Assembly: GCA_964596425.1 (NCBI GenBank)
Contig: CAZQTC010000031.1
Span: 73,830-137,829, forward strand
DNA length: 64,000 bases
Origin: an uncultured Spirochaetales bacterium
Lineage (GTDB): Bacteria; Spirochaetota; Spirochaetia; SZUA-6
Reading direction: 5' to 3'
Positions 8,375-18,143 of this stretch are shown here, piece after piece. Numbering within the stretch: the first letter of the stretch is position 1; the number at the start of each line of letters is the position of its first letter. Made by a program: the position numbers and the translations under genes. The notes under the pieces are model-generated. The model worked only from the letters and a program-made list of their open reading frames with translations. It was not told the DNA's origin and did no database searches.

Positions 8375-10150
8375 TCAGATTAATATTTTTCTGCTTTTTG
8401 AGTTTAGTGGTAAAATTATTGTAAAACAGGTGTGCCCCTCTTTGCTCTCTACGGCTATCTTACCCATATGTCTCTCCACTATGGTCTTTGTAAGTGCTAA
8501 TCCCAATCCTGTGCCCTCCCGTTTGGTTGTAAAGAAGGGTTCAAATATATTTTTTAAGTCATTTTGGTCTATCCCTATTCCCGTATCGCATATCTTTACA
8601 TATACCCTCTGGCTGTCCAGCATGTCGGATTGGACCGTTAATTTTCCTCCCTTGGGCATAGCCTGTATAGCGTTTGTCACTATATTAATAAATGCAATTC
8701 TTATTTTTTCCTGATCCACATTTATTGCAGGCAGATTACGGGCTATCTTTAACTTAACCTGAATCTTTTGATGCTCCATACGATATCTAAAGAGGTTGAG
8801 TACGGAGTCTATTAATTGCGAGAGGTTACTCTCCTGAAAGTGCATTTCACTTGGTTTTGAAAACTCTATTAGTTCCTTTACAATACTGTTGATCCTCTCG
8901 GTTTCCAGGAGTATGGTGGAAATTTCTTCTCTGTTATTCTCTCCGTTGGTATAGTCGGAGAGTCTTGTTCTTAGTATCTGAGTCATCATTTTTATAGAGC
9001 TTAGAGGGTTTCGTATCTCATGGGCAAGTCCTGCGGCGATCTGTCCTGCTGTTGCAAGTTTTGCCGATTGTATCATATCCTCCTGTAATTTTTTTATCCT
9101 CTCATCGTAGAGCTTAAGTTTTTTAACGAGATTGTTAAAGCTATCCGCTATCTTTGCAAACTCATCCTTTCCTCTAAGGTTTATTGTGGTACTGTACTCT
9201 CCAACCTTAAAACCATCTATGGCCTCTGTTATCTTTTTTAGGGATTCGTTTATATTTTTTGCAAGTAAGAAGTAGAGAGCAAGGGAAAGGCTTACCCCGA
9301 TCAGTATTAAAAAGATAAAGAGACTCCTGTAGAAACGAAGGTATTTACTCTCGGAGGCGTGGGAAACGCCAATGCATATAGCTCCCCAGAACTGGTGTCC
9401 CATTACAAACAGCGGTTTTAACAGTACGTATGAGGTTCTATCATTGAGCAATGTATCCTTCATAAAGTAATTTTTGCCTGTCTTAAGTACGGAGAGTGCC
9501 TTATCGTTAAGTTGGTCAAGGCCGTTGTAGGTTGAGATTATCTTCTGGTTACCCCTGTATATCCCATTGTCCATTCCTGTCAGCAGTCGTATGTGTTCGG
9601 CAAATTTCTTTGAAAATCTGGCTCCTATCATCAAGAGGCCTATAATTTGATCATCTTTTTTTATGGGTGAGACCGCACGAATTCCAAAGCCAGATTTTCC
9701 TATTTCGTAGCTGACGTTTGGTATTCCGGAGAGTCCCAGTTGTATAATTCGCTGTTCTATTTTTATATCACCGGATAGTGAAGGGTTATGTCCTCTCAGG
9801 ACTACCTTACCCCTGGTATTTTCTATCTCTATTATATCGGCTATTTTCATCCTGTAGTATTCTACAAGTTTTTTTTCGAGAGCCTTGTGTTTTTTGTTGG
9901 CAAGCAGGGTAATGATGTCTCTGTTTTTGGAGAGCATCTTTGCTATGTTGAGGCAGTCGGTCTCTGTAAATTTAATTTCCTGGTAGTAGGCCGAGATACT
10001 ATCATTTAACTTGGACTGCACTTCGTGTTCTGCCGTCTTTAGTATTAATTTGTAGCCGATTAGGGAGGAGCTGAATGTTGTTATGAATATTGCAATGATA
10101 AAGATTGCGAATATCCTTAGGTTTAGTCTGTAGCGGAAGAAGTTAAGCAT
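8375..10150 (-). CDS. Sensor histidine kinase (Cache-like, HAMP, HisKA, HATPase)
   Basis: Two TMs flank a periplasmic domain; HAMP; H-box AHEIRNPL; N-box NAIQA; G-boxes DTGIG, GTGLGL. Confidence 0.93.
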   Translation of the reverse strand: MLNFFRYRLNLRIFAIFIIAIFITTFSSSLIGYKLILKTAEHEVQSKLNDSISAYYQEIKFTETDCLNIAKMLSKNRDIITLLANKKHKALEKKLVEYYRMKIADIIEIENTRGKVVLRGHNPSLSGDIKIEQRIIQLGLSGIPNVSYEIGKSGFGIRAVSPIKKDDQIIGLLMIGARFSKKFAEHIRLLTGMDNGIYRGNQKIISTYNGLDQLNDKALSVLKTGKNYFMKDTLLNDRTSYVLLKPLFVMGHQFWGAICIGVSHASESKYLRFYRSLFIFLILIGVSLSLALYFLLAKNINESLKKITEAIDGFKVGEYSTTINLRGKDEFAKIADSFNNLVKKLKLYDERIKKLQEDMIQSAKLATAGQIAAGLAHEIRNPLSSIKMMTQILRTRLSDYTNGENNREEISTILLETERINSIVKELIEFSKPSEMHFQESNLSQLIDSVLNLFRYRMEHQKIQVKLKIARNLPAINVDQEKIRIAFINIVTNAIQAMPKGGKLTVQSDMLDSQRVYVKICDTGIGIDQNDLKNIFEPFFTTKREGTGLGLALTKTIVERHMGKIAVESKEGHTCFTIILPLNSKSRKILI

Positions 10151-10754
10151 AGGCCTCCCTCAGCATTCCCCAGTGTGTTACCCCCTTTAAACCGGGTATT
10201 GTGCCCATCCAGACAATTCTAAATCCGTAGTGTTCGTACAGAGCCACATTTTGGGGGTTTTGGGTTTCTAGGTAGCAGGGGAGGTTCAATTTATCCAGCA
10301 TTTGAAAGATGGGTTTCAGTAGTTTCCCGGCAAACCCTTTCCCTCTATAGCCCTTTTGTACCGCGATATTGTGAAGATACCAATGAATGTCAGGGGCGAA
10401 TCTCTCTCTCAGTGTCCGAGAAAATTTGTCGTAATGCATCAATTTGAACAGAACATCTATCGGGACACGAAATATCACCCTTAGTCCGCCCCCTCTGATG
10501 AGGGTGCTAAGGTTTTTTTTCGTCGCCCGGTCGGTTAGCCATAGAGCAACCCCTTCCAATTTCTCGGAGGTAGCGTAAACCAGTCCTTTCTCAAAGCAGT
10601 AGTACACCTCGGGGAGGTATATGCTTTGCAGTTGGGCCTTTCGTTTGGAGGATTTTGGAAAGATATGTATGTTTAACGGATCTTCCATCATCGCCTCTGC
10701 CAGGAGATTGGTTACAGCTCTAATGTATCTCTTCTCTTTCGGAAGTTTTACCAT
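10143..10754 (-). CDS. GNAT family N-acetyltransferase
   Basis: HWYLHNIAV, RGKGFAG, CYLET, NVALYEHYGF. Confidence 0.85.
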   Translation of the reverse strand: MVKLPKEKRYIRAVTNLLAEAMMEDPLNIHIFPKSSKRKAQLQSIYLPEVYYCFEKGLVYATSEKLEGVALWLTDRATKKNLSTLIRGGGLRVIFRVPIDVLFKLMHYDKFSRTLRERFAPDIHWYLHNIAVQKGYRGKGFAGKLLKPIFQMLDKLNLPCYLETQNPQNVALYEHYGFRIVWMGTIPGLKGVTHWGMLREAYA

Positions 10755-10786
10755 TTTTCTGTATTATAATGCTTACAGAGAATAAT

Positions 10787-12478
10787 CTAAAGTAGCACTA
10801 TTCTATTTGAGCCTCTGTAGCGCGTGTAGGGATCACCGAAAGCCTTTAACCGTAGAAGGTGTTGGAGAAACAGAGCCCGCGATGGGGGGATACGGATGAT
10901 AAGATAGATCTGTTCTGTAGATTTTTTAGGGTCTTTTGGTTTTTTTTTCTTTGTCGAAGAGGTTTTTTGAGGTAAAGTGTTCTCGTATGAAATTTCCAGT
11001 TGGTGGTTACCTTCGATTAAGACGGAGTTTATCCACTGGTAAGCAATTCTCCTAAATGGAGATATCACAAACTCTCTCTCTAATAGGAGTATTTCCGCTC
11101 TGGTATACTTGGGGGATTTACGATGGTTATTTGAATCGATTTTGTACTTACAGGGAATTTTTATATTCTGCGGTATGAAACTTTTCAACCAGTTAATATT
11201 TGTTTTTTCTATGTTTTCCAGAGAAAAAACTCTATTGGGATTGGAGATAGGTATAATGGCCTTGCCCTTAATAAGTATCCATGATTTGCCGCATGAAGTG
11301 CAGATTAGTCTTCCATTTTTAAAGCCTTTTATGGAAAACAGTCGGTTGCATTCGGGGCAGAGGTATATAAGTTCTTCTATCCCTCTGGCATCCGCAGGGA
11401 TTTGTAATTTTTGTAGTTGTTTGTCTCTCTTTCTCTCGTGTTCCCTTAGGGTATTGAGTATTTCTTTCAGGTTAGCCTGTTCATTTTTGTACAAGTTGTA
11501 TACAACTTTTATTTTTTCTCTTTTGGGAAACCTGGAAAATCTCGGGTAGTAGGAGTAGTTATCAACGATCTCCGCGCTAACTATGGGAAACGAATAACGG
11601 CTAACGAGTTTTGTACTGGATGAGCTATAGACGGTTTCTCCGTACCAGCTTCGGCCCCCCTCGGGGAATAATCCGACGATACCTCCCGAGGTTAAAATCT
11701 CTATACTTTTTCGAATTGCGGTTATATCCTGTTTGTAACGGGTTATAGGTATGGTCTTTAATCTCTTAAAAATAATTCTTTTAATGGAAGATCGAAACAT
11801 CGAGTAAGTCGTAAGGAAGTGTATCTTGCGTTTTATGCCCGCAGAAATAAATACTGGATCCAAAAACGATCTATGGAGGGTAACTATATAAAAGGCGCCT
11901 TGTTTAGGTACTATATGAGTGTTGTACATCTTCAACTTAAAAAATAGCCTAAGAACGGGAATTAGGAGTAGTCTAGCAGTGCTGTAGAGGGATGGTATTA
12001 TCAATCCTGTTTCTCTCCTATAGCGCCTGTATTGATTCCCTATGCGGTTTATAAGCTTTTTTTCTTCTATTAGAGCGTAGAGTATCCATAGGATTAAAAA
12101 TAGCGGACCCGTTGCTATGATGAATCCGTGGTTACCTATGTAGAGAGCTGGTCCTACAAGCATTAAATGGAAGCCTATGTAGAGTGGATGCCTTACCCAG
12201 AAATATGGGCCCGTTTCTACAAGGTGCTTCGGGGGTCTTGCCGATACAGGCAGGCCTTTTCCTACCTTTAGTAGTTCGATAAAGGCATCTGTATAGAGAA
12301 CTATGCCTATTGCGAGAACAAATGGGGCGATTTTAATGAGATTGGAGGGGAGTAGGTTTAAAATGTTGACGGAGAGGAAGGAACCACAGATTAGAGGATC
12401 AATTAAGTAAAAACCTATAACGTATAGGCTAAAGGGTAAGAGAATCCAGAAAATGGTGAAGTAGAGTATGTATATCAT
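10787..12478 (-). CDS. Fusion: ICMT/PEMT-family membrane methyltransferase + PlsC-type acyltransferase + Zn-ribbon tail
   Basis: N-terminal LVETGPYFWVRHPLYIG; central HRSFLD (HxxxxD) and FPEGGRS; CPEC...CTSC. Confidence 0.75.
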   Translation of the reverse strand: MIYILYFTIFWILLPFSLYVIGFYLIDPLICGSFLSVNILNLLPSNLIKIAPFVLAIGIVLYTDAFIELLKVGKGLPVSARPPKHLVETGPYFWVRHPLYIGFHLMLVGPALYIGNHGFIIATGPLFLILWILYALIEEKKLINRIGNQYRRYRRETGLIIPSLYSTARLLLIPVLRLFFKLKMYNTHIVPKQGAFYIVTLHRSFLDPVFISAGIKRKIHFLTTYSMFRSSIKRIIFKRLKTIPITRYKQDITAIRKSIEILTSGGIVGLFPEGGRSWYGETVYSSSSTKLVSRYSFPIVSAEIVDNYSYYPRFSRFPKREKIKVVYNLYKNEQANLKEILNTLREHERKRDKQLQKLQIPADARGIEELIYLCPECNRLFSIKGFKNGRLICTSCGKSWILIKGKAIIPISNPNRVFSLENIEKTNINWLKSFIPQNIKIPCKYKIDSNNHRKSPKYTRAEILLLEREFVISPFRRIAYQWINSVLIEGNHQLEISYENTLPQKTSSTKKKKPKDPKKSTEQIYLIIRIPPSRALFLQHLLRLKAFGDPYTRYRGSNRIVLL

Positions 12479-12484
12479 TTTTCT

Positions 12485-13036
12485 TCAGTCAGCGAGGCTA
12501 AACCGTATGAGTGTGGCAGCCCCGCACCCCGGTAGTATTCCGATGAGACCGCCGAAAATTCCTCCCCCTGCAAATCCCATCCAGGCAGCGTCTAGGACGC
12601 TCTTTGCGTTTGAAAACTCGGGGTCCATTGCCTCCATAATGGAGAAAAATAGAGCGTAGGTTACTCCCCCTATGATAGCCCCTTCAATATAACCGGCAAC
12701 AGAACCCAGAGGTATTGATAGCCATTTGTTCAGTTGAGAGCTGGAGAAGATATCAAAGAACAATTGGGTTGTCAGTATGGAAACCCCAATGCCTGCCGCT
12801 GCGGGTATTGTAAAGGCCACCAGCTTTTCACCTATCGGTACCTGAGGTGTATATCCGAATAACAGAACCCCATTGTATACGCTTAGTCCCAGTCCGATGA
12901 TTGTTCCCGTTATAAGGGCGGCTGTGCTGTGGGCTTTCGGGCTGTTCTCTTGGGAAAAGAGGGGGGGAGGATTTAATAGAAGAATTGCCAGCATGGAAAA
13001 AAGAATAATTGATAAACCTTTGCTATGGATATTCAT
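12485..13036 (-). CDS. Hypothetical Gly-rich membrane protein with signal peptide
   Basis: 183 aa; N-terminal hydrophobic signal then about 4 Gly-rich hydrophobic helices. Confidence 0.6.
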   Translation of the reverse strand: MNIHSKGLSIILFSMLAILLLNPPPLFSQENSPKAHSTAALITGTIIGLGLSVYNGVLLFGYTPQVPIGEKLVAFTIPAAAGIGVSILTTQLFFDIFSSSQLNKWLSIPLGSVAGYIEGAIIGGVTYALFFSIMEAMDPEFSNAKSVLDAAWMGFAGGGIFGGLIGILPGCGAATLIRFSLAD

Positions 13037-13042
13037 AAAAGC

Positions 13043-13051
13043 ATTATAGCA
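13043..13051 (-). promoter_or_regulatory. Extended -10 promoter 6 nt before the ATG at 13036 (leaderless candidate)
   Basis: Minus strand TGC-TATAAT-gctttt-ATG; no SD. Confidence 0.5.
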
Positions 13052-13096
13052 TATTTAAAAGCGAAACGCTATTTCACAAATAATTCTCAAAAATTC

Positions 13097-13125
13097 TTGA
13101 CAACCCATACTCACCAATTTATTGT
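13097..13125 (+). promoter_or_regulatory. Sigma-70-type promoter of the BMP ABC operon
   Basis: TTGACA-17 bp-TATTGT. Confidence 0.6.
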
Positions 13126-13170
13126 AAGACCTGTAAATCCAACAACAATTCTAAAAATAAGGGGGAAAAG

Positions 13171-14346
13171 TTGAAGAGGTTAGTAAGATTAATGGTGGTT
13201 CTCCTTGTCGTTGTGTTGACAGGAGGATTGGTAATGGCCGCCGGTAGTCAAGAAAAAAAGGCGGGCAAACTAAAGGCTGGATTTATCTATGTTGGGCCGA
13301 TTGGTGATTATGGATGGTCTCATGCGCATGAGATGGGAAGACGCTACGTGCAGAAGAAGTTTGCTTCCTGGTTGGATACCGTTTATGTAGAGTCTGTTCC
13401 GGAGGCCGACGTTGCTAGAATAATAGACAGGTTGGTAAGAGAAGAGAAATGTGATGTTGTTTTTACAACAAGCTTTGGGTATATGGATGCCACAATTGCG
13501 GCCGGGAAAAAGTATCCTGATAAAATTTTTATGCACTGTTCCGGTTTTAAGCGGGCGAAGAATGTAGGCACCTATTTTGCTGAGCTATATCAGATATACT
13601 ACTTAAATGGTTTAATGGCCGGGGCTTTAACTAAGAAGAATAAGGTGGGATACGTGGGTGCATTCCCGATTCCTGAGGTTATCAGACATATTGATGCATG
13701 GGCCCTGGGGGTTAAGGCTGTAAATCCCAAGGCGAAGGTAGAGGTTAGGTGGCTCTTCTCCTGGTATGATCCCGCTAAGGCAAAGGAAGCAGCCGAGGCC
13801 CTTGTGGCTGATGGGTGTGATGCTCTTGCCTTTACGGAGGATTCTCCAAGTGTGATTCAGGTGGGTGAGGAGCACACAAAGAACGGCGATCCTGTGTATA
13901 CCTTTAGTCACTACTCACCTATGGAGAAGTTTGGTCCGGATTCAGCTGTTTCCGGGCAGTTGGTTGATTGGGGAATAATGTATGCAAAAATATTACAGGA
14001 TATCCATAATGGAACCTGGACTAATAAAGATATGTGGTGGCGAGTAAAGGAGGGAGCGGCTAAACTTGGGGCAAGTCCGGATCATAAGATTAACCCCAAA
14101 TTTGTTGATAAGTTGAAGGCAATCTATGTTAATACACCCGATCTCGGTAAGATCAGTGTGTACGATCTGGTTATGAAACGGCTGGCTCAGATGAAAGAGT
14201 CTCCCGATATCTTCGATCCATTTGTTGGTCCGATTAAGGATAACAAGGGGAATCTTAGACTAAAGGCAGGTCAAAGGGCGACAAAACAGCAGCTTTTAAA
14301 CATCAACTATTATGTGGATAATATAGTTGGTGATATTCCCAAGTGA
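13171..14346 (+). CDS. BMP family ABC transporter substrate-binding protein (purine/pyrimidine nucleoside type)
   Basis: GFIYVGPIGDYGWSHAHE, TTSFGY, YLNGLMAG, VGAFPIPEV. Confidence 0.92.
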   Translation: MKRLVRLMVVLLVVVLTGGLVMAAGSQEKKAGKLKAGFIYVGPIGDYGWSHAHEMGRRYVQKKFASWLDTVYVESVPEADVARIIDRLVREEKCDVVFTTSFGYMDATIAAGKKYPDKIFMHCSGFKRAKNVGTYFAELYQIYYLNGLMAGALTKKNKVGYVGAFPIPEVIRHIDAWALGVKAVNPKAKVEVRWLFSWYDPAKAKEAAEALVADGCDALAFTEDSPSVIQVGEEHTKNGDPVYTFSHYSPMEKFGPDSAVSGQLVDWGIMYAKILQDIHNGTWTNKDMWWRVKEGAAKLGASPDHKINPKFVDKLKAIYVNTPDLGKISVYDLVMKRLAQMKESPDIFDPFVGPIKDNKGNLRLKAGQRATKQQLLNINYYVDNIVGDIPK

Positions 14347-14423
14347 TATCCTCAAGTAGAGATAATGTGAAATGTTCAAATTAATCGTGGAGAAAAGGTG
14401 CTAAAATAATTTGTTAGTAGTTG

Positions 14424-14465
14424 TGGGCGGGAAGCAGAGAAGGTGAGCTTCCTGCCCATTTTGTT
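14424..14465 (+). terminator. Intra-operon hairpin / intrinsic terminator after the SBP gene
   Basis: 12-bp stem TGGGCGGGAAGC / GCTTCCTGCCCA (one G-U) followed by TTTTGTT. Confidence 0.65.
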
Positions 14466-14489
14466 AGTGGAGAGGTAGTATCTGCAGAG

Positions 14490-16055
14490 ATGAAGTCTAA
14501 AACAAAGACAGTATCCTCAGAGGATGAAAGACGAATTTCCAGCGTGGAGATGGTGAGTATCTCCAAGTCTTTTCCCAATGTTAAGGCCAACAGTGACGTA
14601 GATATTTCTATTCGGTCGGGAGAAATTCTTGGCCTGTTAGGGGAAAACGGGGCTGGTAAGACTACCCTTATGAATATTCTCTATGGTCTATACAGACCCG
14701 ACTCCGGGTATATAAAAATTAACGGAGAGAGAGTAGATTTTTCCTCCCCGGCCGATGCCATTGGAGCGGGAATTGGTATGGTGCATCAGCACTTCATGTT
14801 GGTACAGAATCATACCGTGGCGGAGAATATAGCGCTTGGGTTGGAGGGTACACCGTTTCTGTACCCTTTGCGATACGTTAGAGAAAGGATTAAGGAGTAT
14901 GAGGGATTATACAATTTGAATGTAAATCCAGATGCCTATATCTGGCAGTTGTCTGCGGGTGAGCAGCAGAGGGTGGAAATTCTTAAGGCTCTGTTTAGAG
15001 GGGCCGATCTCTTAATCCTTGACGAACCAACATCGGTACTAACCCCCAAAGAGGCGGAGGAGTTGTTTGTTGTACTTAGGCGTATGGTAGATGACGGCAG
15101 GGCTGTGATTTTTATAAGCCATAAGTTGGAGGAGGTTCTAAATATATGTAATAGGGTAACGGTACTGAGGAATGGGTATGTAACGGGTAATAGAGAGGTG
15201 GAGGGGGTTACAAAGGAAGAGCTTGCCAGAATGATGGTGGGACGGGAGATTCTCTTCAATTTAAAACGGAAGGATGTTAAGAAAGGCAAGCCTGTTCTTG
15301 AGGTTAAAGATATTCATGTTATGGGCGACAGAGGGTTTTATGCTGTAAAAGGTATTTCATTTCGCATATACGGTGGGGAGGTATTCGGGGTTGCCGGTGT
15401 CTCTGGTAATGGACAACAGGAGCTTGTTGAGGCGCTTACGGGTTTGAGGAGAGTGGAAAATGGGAGCGTTTTTTCTGAGGGGATCGATATAACCAATAGA
15501 TCGCCTCACTATATTAGTTCTCTGGGTATAGGACATGTACCTGAGGAGCGAATAAAGTATGGGGTTGCTCCTAATTTGACCCTCTATGAAAATGCCATAT
15601 TAAAACAACACACCGATACACGCTTTGGGAACTCCCTGTTTTTGAACTTTGAGAAGGTTAAAAATCATGCTCGATATCTGGTTGAGCGATTTGAGATTAA
15701 AACTCCCTCTGTAGAGGTAGCTGTGAAGAATCTATCGGGTGGTAATATTCAAAAGTTAATTTTAGGCCGTGAGATAAGCTGTAACCTTCGTCTGTTGATT
15801 GCCGCTCATCCTACGTATGGTTTGGATGTAGGAGCTACTGAATATATCAGGCGAGAGATCCTTTCTCTAAGAGAGAAAGGGGTGGCCGTTCTGTTAATAT
15901 CGGAGGATCTGGAGGAGCTTTTTGAAATTTCGGACAGACTGGCTGTTATTTTTAAAGGTAAGTTTATAGGGATTCTTGAGAGGGATGAGTTTGATCTGGA
16001 GAGTGTGGGGCTTATGATGACGGGGTCCGCTAAAGAACAATCTGATCCGAATTAG
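14490..16055 (+). CDS. Nucleoside/simple-sugar ABC transporter ATP-binding protein (two ABC domains)
   Basis: GENGAGKT, LSAGEQQR, LDEPT, LSGGNIQK; start placed at ATG 14490 downstream of the hairpin and a GGAGAGG SD. Confidence 0.92.
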   Translation: MKSKTKTVSSEDERRISSVEMVSISKSFPNVKANSDVDISIRSGEILGLLGENGAGKTTLMNILYGLYRPDSGYIKINGERVDFSSPADAIGAGIGMVHQHFMLVQNHTVAENIALGLEGTPFLYPLRYVRERIKEYEGLYNLNVNPDAYIWQLSAGEQQRVEILKALFRGADLLILDEPTSVLTPKEAEELFVVLRRMVDDGRAVIFISHKLEEVLNICNRVTVLRNGYVTGNREVEGVTKEELARMMVGREILFNLKRKDVKKGKPVLEVKDIHVMGDRGFYAVKGISFRIYGGEVFGVAGVSGNGQQELVEALTGLRRVENGSVFSEGIDITNRSPHYISSLGIGHVPEERIKYGVAPNLTLYENAILKQHTDTRFGNSLFLNFEKVKNHARYLVERFEIKTPSVEVAVKNLSGGNIQKLILGREISCNLRLLIAAHPTYGLDVGATEYIRREILSLREKGVAVLLISEDLEELFEISDRLAVIFKGKFIGILERDEFDLESVGLMMTGSAKEQSDPN

Positions 16056-16075
16056 TCAGAAGTAAGGGTTCTGTT

Positions 16076-17188
16076 ATGGCAGTTAGGCTTAGTTTTAAAA
16101 TTGAAAAGAGAATCGAATACTCTAAGTACTTCCCTTTTTTTACCATTGTGTTCTCCCTTGTAGCTGGATTTATCCTTATAGGGATTCTATTCCTCATAAG
16201 TGGCGTTAATCCTGTGTATGCCCTTTGGCGAATATTCTCCGGCTCCTTTGGAAGTGTATATGGTATTACAGAAACGATTACAAAGGCCATTCCTTTGATA
16301 CTTGTAGGTAGTGGACTTGCCCTTGTTTTTAGAGCAAAGTTTTGGAATATCGGTGCGGAGGGGCAGCTCCTCTTTGGTGCCCTCTTTGCCACTTATGTTG
16401 GACTTCACTTTGGTAATAGTTTGCCATCGTATATTATTGTCCCCCTGATGTTTGTTGCAGGCTTTGTGGGTGGGGCTCTTTGGGCGATATTCCCCGCTGT
16501 TTTTAAGCTTAAGTTTGGGGTTAACGAGGTAATTTCGACGCTTATGCTAAACTATATTGCCGCTGAGTTTGTAACCTATCTTGTTACCGGTCCGTGGAAG
16601 GGTAAAACTCAGAAAGGATTTCCCTATACCGACGATCTTCCGCCATCTGCTGTTCTTCACACCATAGGAGTTACAAGAATTCACACCGTTACGCTTGTGG
16701 TAGCTGTAGTGATGGCTATTTTGATGTTTGTTCTTATGTACTATACCCGCTTTGGGTATGAGCTTAGAGTTACAGGGGACAATCAGGATGCTGCCAGGTA
16801 TGCAGGTATAGATTTTGTGAGGGTTTCTGTTTTAATGATGGTTCTAAGCGGAGGTCTTGCAGGGTTGGCGGGGGTCGGAGAGGTTGCGGGTATTCATCAC
16901 CATTTGAGCTATCCTGCCAATATCTCCTCCGGTTACGGTTATACTGCCATTATTGTAGCCTGGCTTGCAAAGTTGAATCCTCTCTATACTGTTATTTCTG
17001 CTCTCTTTTTTGCCGGTATCCTTGTAGGAGGAGATGCCATACAGGTTTCCCTTGGACTTCCGGCTGCGACGGTTCAAATTTTTAATGGAATTTTGCTCTT
17101 TTCGTTAATTGCGGGGGATTTCTTTCTGAACAATCGGATAAAACTCCTGGTGGGTAGTGAAGGGGAGGTGGGTAGATGGAAAAATTAA
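16076..17188 (+). CDS. ABC transporter permease (BPD_transp_2)
   Basis: WNIGAEGQL, NEVISTLMLNY, GYGYTAIIVAWLA. Confidence 0.92.
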   Translation: MAVRLSFKIEKRIEYSKYFPFFTIVFSLVAGFILIGILFLISGVNPVYALWRIFSGSFGSVYGITETITKAIPLILVGSGLALVFRAKFWNIGAEGQLLFGALFATYVGLHFGNSLPSYIIVPLMFVAGFVGGALWAIFPAVFKLKFGVNEVISTLMLNYIAAEFVTYLVTGPWKGKTQKGFPYTDDLPPSAVLHTIGVTRIHTVTLVVAVVMAILMFVLMYYTRFGYELRVTGDNQDAARYAGIDFVRVSVLMMVLSGGLAGLAGVGEVAGIHHHLSYPANISSGYGYTAIIVAWLAKLNPLYTVISALFFAGILVGGDAIQVSLGLPAATVQIFNGILLFSLIAGDFFLNNRIKLLVGSEGEVGRWKN

Positions 17189-18099
17189 TAATTTCGGTTG
17201 TGCAAAGAACCCTCATCGCCGGGACCCCCCTACTTCTCGGAACCCTAGGGGAAATTATTACGGAGAGAGCGGGGGTTTTAAATCTTGGGGTAGAGGGTAT
17301 GATGGCTGTGGGAGCAGTAACAGCCTTTATGACCACCTTTACTACAGGGAGTGTGCTTCTCGGGGTATTCGTTGGGATCCTCTGTGGAATTGCTGTCTCG
17401 CTTCTCCATGCTTTTATGTCTGTGACACTCAAGGCTAATCAGGTTGTCTCGGGACTTGCCCTTGTTATGTTTGGACTCGGTGCCAGCGGACTGTGGGGTA
17501 AGGGATTTATAGGGACCCCCCTACCGACGCGGGTGGATTTTGTAAGAATTCCTCTGCTGTATAAGATTCCTTATGTTGGTGAGATGTTTTTCGATCAGGA
17601 TCCCTTTCTCTACCTGGCCGTTATGCTGGGAGTAATTTTCTGGTTTGTGGTTGTTCATACGAGGTGGGGTATTATCCTTCGTTCCGTGGGCGAAAATCCT
17701 GCTGCTTCCGAGACCCAGGGTATTAAAGTGTACCTTGTTCAGTATATCGCTGTAATGATAGGGGGCGGTTGTGCGGGTCTTGCCGGTGCTCATCTGTCGC
17801 TCTCCTACAGTGCCTCATGGGCCGAGGGTATGACGGGGGGAAGAGGATGGATTGTTATTGCCCTTACCATTTTTGCAAAGTGGAATCCTCTAAGAGCTTA
17901 CTACGGGGCATTTCTGTTTGGAGGGATTTTTGTACTTCAGTATCTCCTTCAACCCATAGGAATACCCCCGAATGTTCTAGGGATGTTCCCGTATTTGATT
18001 ACCCTTGTTGTTCTCGTATCAAGTGGAATCGGGGGAGTAAAACGAAAGGGAATGGCTCCGGCAATGCTGGGTGAGCCCTATGTGAGGGGAGAAAAATAA
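17176..18099 (+). CDS. ABC transporter permease (BPD_transp_2)
   Basis: ERAGVLNLGVEG, ANQVVSG, GRGWIVIAL, PYLITL. Confidence 0.92.
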   Translation: MEKLIISVVQRTLIAGTPLLLGTLGEIITERAGVLNLGVEGMMAVGAVTAFMTTFTTGSVLLGVFVGILCGIAVSLLHAFMSVTLKANQVVSGLALVMFGLGASGLWGKGFIGTPLPTRVDFVRIPLLYKIPYVGEMFFDQDPFLYLAVMLGVIFWFVVVHTRWGIILRSVGENPAASETQGIKVYLVQYIAVMIGGGCAGLAGAHLSLSYSASWAEGMTGGRGWIVIALTIFAKWNPLRAYYGAFLFGGIFVLQYLLQPIGIPPNVLGMFPYLITLVVLVSSGIGGVKRKGMAPAMLGEPYVRGEK

Positions 18100-18107
18100 G
18101 GTTTTTC

Positions 18108-18137
18108 TTGACGGATTTAAACTAAAAACCTTAAAAT
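18108..18137 (+). promoter_or_regulatory. Sigma-70-type promoter 6 nt before the ATG at 18144 (leaderless candidate)
   Basis: TTGACG-18 bp-TAAAAT-caagat-ATG; no SD. Confidence 0.55.
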
Positions 18138-18143
18138 CAAGAT

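Noticed and set aside
13037-13170. Purine riboswitch upstream of the BMP ABC operon
   Set aside because: The leader after the predicted promoter is only about 40 nt and has no riboswitch consensus.
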